Shown: positions 39,475-50,699 of the stretch, in pieces
Layout: the number at the start of each line of letters is the position of its first letter
Position numbering within the stretch: the first letter of the stretch is position 1
DNA from: Mobula hypostoma
Taxonomy: Eukaryota
Assembly (NCBI RefSeq): GCF_963921235.1
Contig: NC_086098.1
Coordinates: 154,380,001 to 154,444,000 of the forward strand
DNA length: 64,000 nucleotides
Direction of reading: 5' to 3'
Notes under the pieces: generated by a model
Seen by the model: the letters and a program-made list of their open reading frames with translations, nothing else
Told to the model about the DNA's origin: nothing
Database searches by the model: none
Position numbers and translations under genes: made by a program

Positions 39475-39523
39475 ATGGCTGAATGGATTCCGGGTTTTGT
39501 CGCTCTGGTGTTCTGTTTCCACA
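39475..39523 (+). CDS. IGL: IgL cluster B leader exon (MAEWIPGFVALVFCFH + 1 nt)
   Basis: Kozak-like caccATGG, hydrophobic signal peptide, GTAAGT donor at 39524. Confidence 0.93.
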
Positions 39524-39610
39524 GTAAGTACAATGCATAATCCATAATATCGCTACATTTCCTATTCTGTTGATGGTTGACGACGCTATGATTAATTTGT
39601 TTTTCATCAG

Positions 39611-39952
39611 GTATAGTCGCTGAGATTGTTTTGACTCAGTCCCCGTCTGTCTCAACTTCTCCGGGTCAATCTACAAAGATTACTTGTACCATGTCAGGAG
39701 GAAGCATTAGCAGCTACTATGCGAACTGGTACTGGCAAAAACCCAGCGGCACTCCTGGACTCGTGTGGAGTGAACGCAATGGCAGAGGTTCCGGAATACC
39801 AGATCGATTTACCGGTACCGTAGACTCATCTAGCAACCAGATGCACTTAACCATCGGAAACTTGCAATCGGGGGATGTCGCCGATTATTACTGTGGTATA
39901 TGGGCCAATGATAGATTGAACTTCGGGAAAGGAACCAAACTGAATTTGGGCA
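39611..39952 (+). CDS. IGL: IgL cluster B pre-joined VJ exon, type II (lambda-like)
   Basis: Acceptor ttttcatcAG ends at 39610. SIVAEIVLTQSPSVSTSPGQSTKITCTMSGGSISSYYANWYWQKP...GIPDRFTGTVDSSSNQMHLTI...DYYC-GIWANDRLN-FGKGTKLNLG, then GTAAGT at 39953. WYWQKP, a short CDR2 and the VDSSSNxMHLTI motif match elasmobranch type II; no RSS. Confidence 0.95.
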
Positions 39953-40964
39953 GTAAGTACATTTTCAACATTCCAGCTTTTTCCCCTTTCAATTGCAAAT
40001 CTTTGAGCAATAGTTTGTGTCCATTACCTTCATTCGTTTTGAAAACCAGTAATCTTTTTGTCTTCATGTTTGGAAGATAAACCACTAAAACAACAAAAAG
40101 ATAAATTGGCTCAAATTTAATCAAATTGTACTGATGTAGTTTTGAATTCAGTGTTCAAACTAGTTTGTAAGCAAAACAAGACTAAATGGCCCCTACTATT
40201 GTTGATACCGTTGAATCCTGAGAGGACATACGCTCCAGTTATTGACATGTTATCACTACCTGGCTTCAAATTTGAGAATAGATTGTAAAATCCATCAAAG
40301 AAAATAGCAAAAGCATAGATCAGTTTTCGCCAGCGGACGACTGAGGCAGAACAAGTGCGAAGGAAGTTCCAAGCTGAGAATGAAACTTGCCCACCCCTCT
40401 CCCCTTTTCCCTCTGCAGTATCACCCGATTTGACATTTCCTATTTACGCATTATCTTTCTTCGCTCTGTACTCCAGGAACTTGATATCTTCTGAATTCTG
40501 TTTCTTAACTCGCCCCCAATCCCCTCTCATCGTCGATCCCCTTCCGAATTTGTGAATTTTTGTTAACTCCCAGTTAAGAAATCACTTAATGTGAAATTTA
40601 TCGCCCTTCTTATGACAATCTCGGAGTTCAAACAGTTCAATGTCTTTCATCTTTGGACCTTTAACTCTTTAAGATCTAATTTTCACCATGTGCTCGTCAG
40701 CAAATAGAGAGCCTTAACCGTGTTAACAGCGTTTTTGCTGTAAGTAGTCCGAGCTGGAAGTCCATCCCTATATCGTTACCACTTTGTCACTGTTAAATAA
40801 TTTTTTTAAAGTTATGGTTTTGCCTAAAATTCCGCTGGTCTTGCTTCAAATGTTTGGGACTCAATTTTAGTCTCAACGTGTTTCTGAGTTATTTCTGGAT
40901 CTCTGAAAGCGCAATTTATAGGATTATTTTGAAATTTCTTGAGACGATTATAAAAATTACTGGG

Positions 40965-41190
40965 ACGAGAAAATCTGTAGATGCTGGAAATCTAAGCAAC
41001 CGACACAAAAGGTTGGAGAAATTCAGCAGACCAGGCAGCGTCTATGCAAAAGAATACACCGTCGACGTTTCGGGCCGACACCCTTGATCAGGACTCATGA
41101 TTTCGTGATGAAGGGTCTCAGCCCGAAACTTCGACTACTTACTCTTTTCCATTGACGCTCCCTGGCCTGCTAAGTTCCTTCAGTATTTTG
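40965..41190. mobile_element. Short inverted-repeat element with two back-to-back hammerhead-like motifs
   Basis: Left arm atctgtagatgctggaaat...ggcagcgtcta, right arm its reverse complement; motifs at 41061-41095 (-) and 41101-41136 (+). Confidence 0.75.
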
Positions 41191-42599
41191 TGTGTTGCCA
41201 AAGAAAGATTACGGTTCCACTGTAACCAAATTAATCTGAGAACCGGTAGTACCCATCTGCAATTAAAGATCTTATTGTGCGCTTGGAAAGTTTGAATGGA
41301 AGTAGATAAAGAATTAACAAAGCCAGTGAATGAAGTGGGTTTAAGGAAAACAGAACTACAAGATGGACTTGCTTTTGAACTTTTAAATTGTATAAGCATC
41401 CGACTGCCGGGTTGCCTTTTGAATGGTTTCTGAACAGTTTTTGCATAAATTTCTATTCAGCAAAAACTGAAAACCGAATCACGAAACCCTGATGTTATAC
41501 CATTTAATTTCCATGAAAACGACTCCGTGAGTTTAGAACATTAACAGTTTAGGGGGAAGTGTGTCAAGTTACTGCAGATCTCAGTCATCTCTGAAATCAC
41601 ACAGATGAACCCCGTGAGACTTAATGCCATAGTAACGTTACACCCCTTTGATCGGCACACGCCTGAATTACCGATCCTGTCAGACTTCCTGTGCACGAAC
41701 TTCAGCGGAGTCTATAGCTGGCTCCGTGGTTCGCATCACTGTAAGTTTAATATCGAAGGGTGTTGACACGAGGTACGCTGTTATTGCCAAGCCCCGAGAG
41801 AGAGAGGCACTGAATCGGATCAACAGTTCGCTGGCTTTAATAGGAACTGTGCAGAAATTTAAATAAAAACAATAAACGCAAGACCAATCATCCATTAACC
41901 AGAATATTCCAAGTAAAGCTAACGCCGACAAAGCGCCTTGGAAGCAGTAGCTTTTAATAGCAAATAAATACCAGTCTTTAATAGTGTCACAATAAACGGT
42001 ATCTTTTCTTTCCCGGAACCAGGACAGCAGTAAGCAGGGAGCACTGAAGTTTGCTGTGCTTTTGGTCAAGTCTTGACAAAACTGAAACGAGAGGAAGTGA
42101 GTGAAATACCACCACAATGAAATACTAATTGGCTGGGAGAACGTGATTGCCGAACCCGTTCCGCAGCCCGCCAGCAAGGGCGCGCAGACCCCACAGCAAG
42201 GTCCGCGGTTGTGACAGATGTGCCTATCATCCCTCACAACATTAAATAGTATTCTGATATGCGTACTTACTGTCAATCTCTTGATGAAGGTTGGCGATTT
42301 AAACCGACTGTAAAAACTGATCAATATATTTTTCAGCCTCTCAAATTTCGTCTTCATTTTAGATTAATCAGGTATCACAATTTTAAGCGGCTCACATTTC
42401 AGCCTGTCCGACATTTCAATTTTCGAATAGGAATACAATGAAAATGTTGCATTTGAACCTTCTAATCCTTCGAACCAACGCTTGACTGGCGCCTGACGCG
42501 AATCTGCGTTATGGCCGAGACATGTTGTCTTACCTTTCAGTGCACCTCAATATCAGACATTTGCAGCCATTCTACCTCTGGCTCATAATTACGCGGGTT

Positions 42600-42880
42600 T
42601 AAGATAATATTTGGAAACACAATATTCCTTTCGAAACATTTTAGCCAGAGGGTGGTGAACTTGTGGAATTTATTACCACAGGCAGCTGCGGAGGCCAGGT
42701 GGTTGGATATATTTAAGGCAGAGCTTGATCGATTCTTGATTGGAGGCGGAATCAAAGGTTATGGGATGAAGACTGGGGAACGGCGCTGGGGAGGGGAAAA
42801 TAGATCAGCCAAGGTTGAATGGCAGAGCAGACTCGATGGGCCAAATGGCCTAATTCTGCTCCTATGTCTTATGGTCTTAT
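42600..42880 (+). mobile_element. CR1 3'-end fragment
   Basis: VVNLWNLLPQAAAEARWLDIFKAELDRFL plus 3' UTR and tcttatggtctta tail. Confidence 0.8.
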
Positions 42881-42937
42881 ATTCCCGAACTCAAGTTTAT
42901 CAGTTCCAGTTTCGCAGTTAACTCACTGTTGGTGGAT

Positions 42938-43161
42938 NNNNNNNNNNNNNNNNNNNNNNNNNNNNNNNNNNNNNNNNNNNNNNNNNNNNNNNNNNNNNNN
43001 NNNNNNNNNNNNNNNNNNNNNNNNNNNNNNNNNNNNNNNNNNNNNNNNNNNNNNNNNNNNNNNNNNNNNNNNNNNNNNNNNNNNNNNNNNNNNNNNNNNN
43101 NNNNNNNNNNNNNNNNNNNNNNNNNNNNNNNNNNNNNNNNNNNNNNNNNNNNNNNNNNNNN
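42938..43161. other. Assembly gap (224 N) within the cluster B J-C intron
   Basis: Direct reading. Confidence 1.
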
Positions 43162-43939
43162 TGGGAAACGTTGCAGCAAATCGCGGGTATATTGTCTCAG
43201 ATACTGAGGAGAGAATTTGTTCCAGCACTTTAGGATGCTGAATAAATAATAATAAATAATGACCAGAGCACTTCTGGTGTCAACTACAGATTACCTCCGG
43301 GAAGCTATATGTAGTATTGCCTGGCTTTGTAAGAAAATACCTGCTTGTACCTGTCTTCCCGATTCGGATTCCAAATGTAACAGGATTGCCGGTTTGAATT
43401 TGGAATACTTGCTCCTCATTGGTAAACACTGGTAGAAGGTTAAATAGAAATTTGTCATTATCAGCAAAATTAGTGCAGAAGGTGAGGCAGAAACATAAAT
43501 GAGCGTGGTGGTACATTGAATAGAACTGAATATTTTGTGCTCAATATTAGAGAATATTTCCAGTCATTTATCCAGAATCAGTATTCATAACTTGTTAACA
43601 CCGCCACTCTACATATATTGAGGAAACTGGAATTCGACTGAAAATACAATGAGGTAGCAAACAGCTTAGTAACCATTTCTTTTTTAAATCGATCCCCACT
43701 CCTCAAAGGGATTTTTAATTCCAAATGTCATTCCAAACGTTCACGGAGAAGAAATAGCACCAAAATATTAAGTCACTTTGAGAACAACATTAATTTTGAA
43801 ATACAAAACGTGTGATTAATCCAAATTGTTTTCTTTGAAAATGTAAGGTTTATTTTTTTGAATTTGACACGTGGTCGCGCTCTGAAAATATCCCCAGGTT
43901 ATTGCATTTCCAGATCTCTGCTGTTCTACCTCTATGATT

Positions 43940-44380
43940 CTTGGGATGGCAGGACTTTCATAAAAAGACTGGATCGGCTAGGCTTATACTCGCTGGAATT
44001 TAGAAGATTAAGTGGGGATCTGATTGAAACGTATAAAATTCTAAAGGGATTGGACAGGCTAGATGTAGGAAGATGTATTTGTTCCTGATGTTGGGGAAGT
44101 CCAGAACGAGGGGCACAGTTTGAGGATAAAGGGGAAGTCTTTTAGGACCGAGTGGTGAATCTGTGGAATTCTCTGCCACGGGAAACAGTTGAGGCCAGTT
44201 TATTGGCTATATTTAAGAGGGAGTTAGATATGGCCCTTGTGGCTAAAGGGATCAGGAGGTATGGAGAGAAGGCAGGTACAGGGTTCTGAGTTGGATGATC
44301 AGCCATAATCATACTGAATGGTGGTGCAGACTCGAAGGGCCGAATGGCCTACTCCTGCACCAATTTTCTACGTTTCAATG
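43940..44380 (+). mobile_element. CR1 3'-end fragment
   Basis: RLDRLGLYSLEFRRLSGDLIETYKILKG; same subfamily as 11747-12316. Confidence 0.85.
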
Positions 44381-44582
44381 TTTCCAAATCGTATTAATGC
44401 GGTTCCGTTGAATGAAGGTTTTCGTGCGGTTCCAGCGCTGTCGATTGTAAACCCAACGAAGAAAGACAGAGCAGCGATAAATAAAAGAAGCAAGCTTCTG
44501 GAGGAACTCAGCAGGTCAGGCAGCATCTGTGGAAGCAATGTTCCGATGTACCCGCACCGCACCCCCACCCCGCGCGCCCCCA

Positions 44583-44608
44583 CACAGACACAGACAGACA
44601 GACAGACA

Positions 44609-44651
<43 letters not shown>
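44583..44651. repeat. (CAGA)n(CA)n compound microsatellite
   Basis: Direct reading. Confidence 0.95.
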
Positions 44652-44652
<1 letters not shown>

Positions 44653-44834
44653 GAAGCGTCAAGTATCGATTTGCTTCCAGAAATGCGACTGACCCGCTGA
44701 ATTCCTGCAGCAAGTTGTTCTCCTCCTCAAGATCCCAGCATGTGCTGTCTCTCTTATCTCCGAAGAAAGGCACTTGTTTCGGACACTATTGTCAATCAGT
44801 AGTTTATCTTATTGAACATCTTCCTATTTTTCAG

Positions 44835-45157
44835 ATCCTCTGCCCCCTAAGGTGTTGGTCCTCCGGCCCTCAGCTGAAGAAATCACGAGAAACGGCACCG
44901 CCACCCTGGTGTGCTTGGTGAGCGGGTTTAATCCGGGAGCTGTGGACATCGAGTGGACGGTGGACGGCAGCCCGAGGAAGAATGGCGTTGAGTCGAGCCG
45001 GGTCCAGCTGGAGGGGGACAACACATTCAGTTCAAGCAGTTACCTGACTCTGTCTGCCTCAGATTGGAACTCACACGATCTTTACACCTGTGTGGTTAAA
45101 CACGAGGCTCAGGCAAACCCAGTTAAAGTAAACGTTGCACGATCCGGTTGTCTGTGA
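44835..45157 (+). CDS. IGL: IgL cluster B constant (C1-set) exon with C-terminal Cys
   Basis: Acceptor ttcctatttttcAG ends at 44834. (N)PLPPKVLVLRPSAEEITRNGTATLVCLVSGFNPGAVDIEWTVDG...YTCVVKHE...ARSGCL-stop. 323 nt; AATAAA at 45194-45199. Confidence 0.95.
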
Positions 45158-45359
45158 GTCAAGCGATAGATGTACTGATTTGTTGCTCCTGAAAATAAAT
45201 ACCTTTCAATCTTATTTGTAAAGCACAGGTGATGCGCAGTGTATCCGCTTCAATCTACCGATCCAAACTTGTTCTGAATTGATCAGAACACGGGTGTAAT
45301 TTTACAAGAGACTTGCAATAAATCGCTATTATCTCCTATATTGATCGATGACTTTGTAA

Positions 45360-45890
45360 TATCAGAATCAGGTTTCTTATCACCGGCAGGTGTCCTGAAA
45401 TTTGTTAACTTAGCAGCAACAGTACAATGCAATACATGATAAAAACAGGTAACTAAACAGATATATATATATGTAGGTATGTATGTATGCATACTGAACA
45501 GATTAAAATAGTACAAAAGTGGGGCAGTGTTTATGGGTTCAAAGTTCATTTAAGAATTGTATGGCACAGGGGACAAGCTGTTCCTGAATCGCTGAGTGTG
45601 TGCCTTCAGGCTTCCGTACAATGAAAAGAGGGCATTCTCTGGAAGACTGGAGTCCCTAATCATGGACGTCGCCTTTCTGAGACACCGCTCCTTTTCCTGA
45701 ATACTGCGAAGTGCAGTACCCAAGATGGAACTGACTAACTTTACAATATTCTGTAGCTTCTTACCTTCCTGAGGAGCAACAACCCCGCTCCCCCCCCCAT
45801 ACCAGAGAGTGATGCAGCCTGTCAGAATGCTCTCCGTGGTACATCTATAGCCGTTTTCGAGTGTTTTAGTTGACAAACAAAATCCCTTCA
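45360..45890 (-). mobile_element. Rex1/Babar LINE 3' fragment
   Basis: ESILTGCITLWYG...KAHTQRFRNS; atcagaatcagg tail. Confidence 0.75.
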
Positions 45891-45904
45891 GCCTTCAATC
45901 TTCA

Positions 45905-45972
45905 CAGATGTGTGTGCGTGTGTGTGTGTCTGTCTGTCTGTGTCTGTGTCTGTCTGTGTATGTGTGTGTGTA
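45905..45972. repeat. (GT)n/(GTCT)n microsatellite
   Basis: Direct reading. Confidence 0.9.
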
Positions 45973-46729
45973 TTCGAGCACGCGATATAAAATCCAGAAT
46001 TTAATTAATATACATATATATTTCCAAACTGTCAAATGACTTTCAAGCGCATTTTAGTGTTTTGCATTTATGCACCTCGGGTTTATTTTTATAGAATATT
46101 TGAATCACAGACACGCAGTTTTGAACAATCGTCCTCGTTAAACACTGTTTCATAATACTGATAACCTCGCTACAACATCCGCCAGGGCCATATTATTTGT
46201 TCCAATTAATTTCTCTGTACTGGTAATAACGTAAGTACCATTCTCCTTGAAGAATCGAGCTTATGTCCGGTAGAATTCTAGGGGAGGGGTCTAGAGTACA
46301 GAATCGGTGGAAAGAGCTAGATTTCTGCAGAATTGTTCGGTGTTTCACGTCACACTGAAACGCTCATAAATTTATACTGTAGCTACCCTAGTTGGGGTAA
46401 GCAACAGTCGGGTGGAATGAATAGCTGGAGTAATTTGCTTTGATAAGGAAATATAAAGGGAGATTTAGTATAAGAAATGTGAGGCAATGTGACTTGGAGA
46501 AGGCGATTCCACGATGGGCGAGTCTAGAATGGAATTCGATCAATCTAAGGCTTCATCTTATGTGGGTCAACTGTATAATTGCTTGAAAGTATGGACTGGC
46601 GGTTGTTTTTGAAATAGGAGACAAAAAGCTGGGATTCAAATCTGTCCCTGATTTTCTGTATAGGTGGAGTTGCTTTAGGGTCAGGGCAAGGAGAGATGAG
46701 TACCAGCCTACTGATTGCAAAACATAACG

Positions 46730-48120
46730 AGGTGGGTGCTCATGTGTTGCTCATTGATGGAAAGTATTCTTAGAGATGGTATATATAATTATCTGGATAG
46801 GCAGGGTCTGATTAGGAACAGTCAACATGGATTAGTGCGTGGAAGGCCATGTTTGACAAATCGTATTGAATTTTTTGATGAGGTTACTAGGAAAGTTGAC
46901 GAGGGTAAAGCAGTAGATATTGTCTATATGGACTTCAGTAAGGCCTTTGACAAGGTTCCACACGGAAGGTTAGACAGGAAGGTTCTAATCGTTGAGTATT
47001 AATATCGAAGTAGTAAAATGGATTCAGCGGTGGCTGGATGGGAGACGCCAGAGAGTAGTGGTGGATAACTGTGTGTCAGATTGGAGGATGCTGTGTAGCG
47101 GTGTGCCTCAGGGATCTGTGCTGGGTCCAATGTTCTTTGTTATATATATTAATGATCTGGATGATAGGGTGGTAAATTGGATTAGTAAGTATGCAGATGA
47201 TACTAAGATAGGTGGAGTTGTGGATAATGAAGTAAATTTTTATAGCTTGCAGAGAGATTTAGACCACTTAGAAGAGTGGGCTGAAAGATAGCAGATGGAG
47301 GTTAATGCTGATAAATGAGAGGTGCTATATTTTGGTCGGACTAATCAAAACAGGACATACATGGTAAATGGTAAGGCATTGAAGAATGCAGTAGAACAGG
47401 GGGATCTAGAAATAATGGTGCATAGTTCCCTGATGGTGGAATCTCATGTGGATAGGGTGGCGAAGAAAGCTTTTGGTATGCTGGCCTCTACAATTCAGAC
47501 TATTGAGTATAGGAGGTGGGATGTAATGTTGAAATAGTATAAAGCATTGGTGAGGCCAAATTTGGAGTATTGTGTACATTTCTGGTCACCGAGTTATAGG
47601 GAAAAGATGTCAATAAAATTGAGAGACTACAGAGGAGATTTACGGGAATGTTTCCTGGGTTTCAGCTCCTAAGTTACAGAGAAAGTTTGAACAAGTTTTG
47701 TCTTTATTCTTTGAAGCGTAGAAGGTTGAGAGCGGACTTGATAGAGGTATTTAAAATTATGAGGAGGGTAAATAGAGTTGACGTGGATAGGCTTTTTCCA
47801 TTGAGAGTGGAGGAGATTCAAACAAGAGGATATGAGTTGAGAGTTAAAGGGCAAAAGTTTAGGGGTAACGTGACTGGGAACTTCTTTACTCAGAGAGTGG
47901 TGGCTGTGTGGAACGAGCTTCCAGCAGAAGTGGTTGAGGCAGGTTCGATGTTGTCATTTAAAGTTAAATTGGACAGCTATATGGACAGGAAAGGAATGGA
48001 GGGTTATGGGCTGAGTGCAGGTCGGTGGGACTAGGTCAGAGTAAGGGTTCGGCACGGACTAGAAGGGCCGAGATGGCCTGTTTCCGTGTTGTAATTGTTA
48101 TCTGGTTATATGGTTATATA
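46730..48120 (+). mobile_element. 5'-truncated CR1 LINE with stops (RT to 3' end)
   Basis: QHGLVRGRPCLTN, YMDFSKAFDKVPH, GVPQGSVLGP, KYADDTK; near-identical 3' part to 1-797. Confidence 0.9.
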
Positions 48121-48439
48121 TGGGTGGATTGGTGAAATGAGAAAATAAATAGATAGACTTGATAAGCAAAATGAAGGTGCGCGGCGATGAGAAGAGATAT
48201 GGGGATGGGATTATTTTTACCTCCAGGTATTCCTTACTGAGGACACGATATGTCATCTGTATTCACCACTCACAGAAATTGTTGTAGTTGCATCTGGAAG
48301 AACCACGCTCTCTGCTCGAATCCGACCAAGTTAAAAAAAAAAGCAGTGAACCGCTGAGTGCAATGAAACCTTGAATAATTAAAATAAACTGAATTTACAC
48401 ACCCACCATCTCCATTCAAATAAACAAGTCGTGTACACA

Positions 48440-49320
48440 AGGGATCTGCAGAATGCTGGAAATCCAGCGCATCACACACAGAATGCTGGAGGAACTCGGC
48501 ACGTCAGGCTGCATCCATGGAAGTGAATAAGCAGTCGAAGTTTCCTGTCGGGACTCTTCATCAGGACCGGAAAGGAAGAGGGACAATGCCCCAGTAAGAA
48601 GGAGGGGAAGGGGAAGGAAGATAAACTAGAAGGTGAATCCAGGTGGGAGGTGGGGAGGGGAATGAAGTAAGAAGCTAATGAGAACATAAGAACATAAGAA
48701 ATAGGAGCAGGAGTCGGCCATCTGGCCCATCGAGCATGCTCCACCATTCAATAAGATCATGGCTGATCTGGCCATGAAATCATCTCAATCTACCTGCTTT
48801 TCCCCCATAACCCTTAATTCCCCCACTATGCAAAAATCTATCCAACATTGGCTTAAGTATACTTGAGGATGGGGGGTGATCGGTGAAAATGTTAATGAGC
48901 TGGAATCTGATAGGAGAGAGTGGATCATAGGTGAAGGAGAAGGAGGAGGGGCACTGGGGGAGGTGATAGACAGATGAGGAGAAGCGGGAAATAAAACTAA
49001 TGTAATCTACCTTTGCTTGCCTTTTACATTCACAAGGTTTGTTAAGGAACAATCAGGGATCGAATGGAAGCTTTAAGCACAATCTTACAATTCTCGGGGA
49101 CATGAGCTCTGTCTCTGACCTCTATGGAATGTCCTGAGATGGAAAATATCGACACTGCGTGTAAAGAAGCTGTCTCATCTCCACCTCTTCCTCCCACTTT
49201 CAAATCTCTTACTAGCTCTTCTTTCAGTTAGTCCTGACGAAGGGTCTCGGCCCGAAATGTCGACTGTACCTCTTCCTAGAGATGCTGCCTGGCCTGCTGC
49301 GTTCACCAGCGGTGTCACAT
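48440..49320. mobile_element. Penelope-type non-autonomous element with inverted termini, each carrying a hammerhead-like motif; interrupted by a small CR1 3' fragment (about 48682-48870)
   Basis: Left arm 48440-48570 (motif on - strand), purine-rich interior, right arm about 49180-49320 (motif on + strand). The Penelope assignment is inferred from the motif; no PLE ORF is visible. Confidence 0.6.
49230..49265 (+). ncRNA. Candidate minimal type-I hammerhead ribozyme (best-preserved copy)
   Basis: AGUC-CUGACGA-A-GGGU-CUCG-GCCC-GAAA-U-GUC-GACU: intact CUGANGA and GAAA cores, 4-bp stem II with tetraloop, GUC triplet, stem I AGUC/GACU, loopless self-complementary stem III. Confidence 0.6.
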
Positions 49321-50482
49321 CTGCACCGGTCTGTATGGAATTTGCACGTACAGCCTGTGACCGTCTGAATTTCTCCTCCCCTCTCCAACCCCCGGTCTCC
49401 GTGTCCTCTGGGCTCACCTACGCCTCAAAGAAATATTGGTTGCTCATTAATTGGCCAATATAAATTATTCCCTTGCTGAAAGCATGTATTAGAACGAAAT
49501 AGTATAAGACGGGACAAATAGAATTGATGTGAGAACTGAATTTGGCTCGCTGGTTAGAATGAAAACGGCCGCGAAATGTCCTCTCGAGGCTCATTAAAAA
49601 CAGCGTGTCAACGACACAACTATTCATCCATACAGATCATTCCTTAGTCAGGAGTTCAGGGGAATCCCTTAAATTTTGCGTTATCGTAGCCAATACAATC
49701 TCCAAGCCATGGCTTAAATAAACTAAAGTGACCACATTTGAAATTGCTTTTTCTGGCATTTCTAGATTTCCGACCTTTCCCCCCTATTTTTACCACGGTA
49801 TTTTACAGCTCCGCACTGCCCGGTCACACCCCTATCTTTACCTTCATAAACTCATGCAACTTAAGAGGTATATGATCTTATATTCCTATCATTCAACCCG
49901 CTCTCTGAAATCGTCGTGGTAGGGGCACGCATTTCAACTTTTATAGCGGACATTTGCTTACATCAGTCTCTGCTATAATTCACGGCCACGCTAGAATGCA
50001 AAATCTTACAGTTTTACTTATGTTTAAATCACATTCTCAATTTCATTTGGCAAGACGGAGAATGGCTTTGAATCCTTTCCAGTTATGAAAGGCTTCACGA
50101 ACTCTTGATCTCGTTCCCGTTTCTCGCTCTTGCTTCGATTACCAGATTAACGACCTCTGACTTTAATGATTTTCTCCTTCACTTCTGGACCTCACGTGAA
50201 CTCCGAGTAGAACTTTATTTTTGGGGATTCTATGGAATCCTCTGAAGAGGGTTTCCGGTAAGTTCCAGTTATTCGCGTTTCTGTCGATTTCCAAGATTCC
50301 GGTCAGATGTTACATGGTATACATACACAGACGGATTTTCATGGAAATGCCAATAAAGCATTTCTAAATAGTTCTGGTCTTTCTGTCATGGGTATCTTGA
50401 CCAGCAGATGGCAGAAAAACATTAAATAATATTTTGTAACTATCATCGAGTATAATAATTACGCATTTATTTCGCAAACACG

Positions 50483-50610
50483 AGAATATCTGAAGATGCT
50501 GGAAATCAAAGGAATGAACACAAAATGCTGGAGGAACTCAGCATGCCAGGCAGCATCTATGGGAAAGAGTAAACAGTCGACGTTTCGGACCGAGATCCCT
50601 TCGTTAGGCA
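50483..50610. mobile_element. Single arm of the hammerhead-bearing repeat family
   Basis: gaatatctgaagatgctggaaatc...cacaaaatgctggaggaactcagc; motif on - strand 50575-50609 (CUAACGA...GAAACGUCGACU). Confidence 0.65.
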
Positions 50611-50699
50611 ATTCTGCAGTTAACAACAAAGAACTTATCTTCCGTGAGCAAGTAGACCTCAAGACATTTAACAACTGTTTACGATACCTATAGTAGTAA

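Noticed and set aside
42819-43241. ORFs spanning the N run
   Set aside because: Artefacts of translating through the assembly gap.
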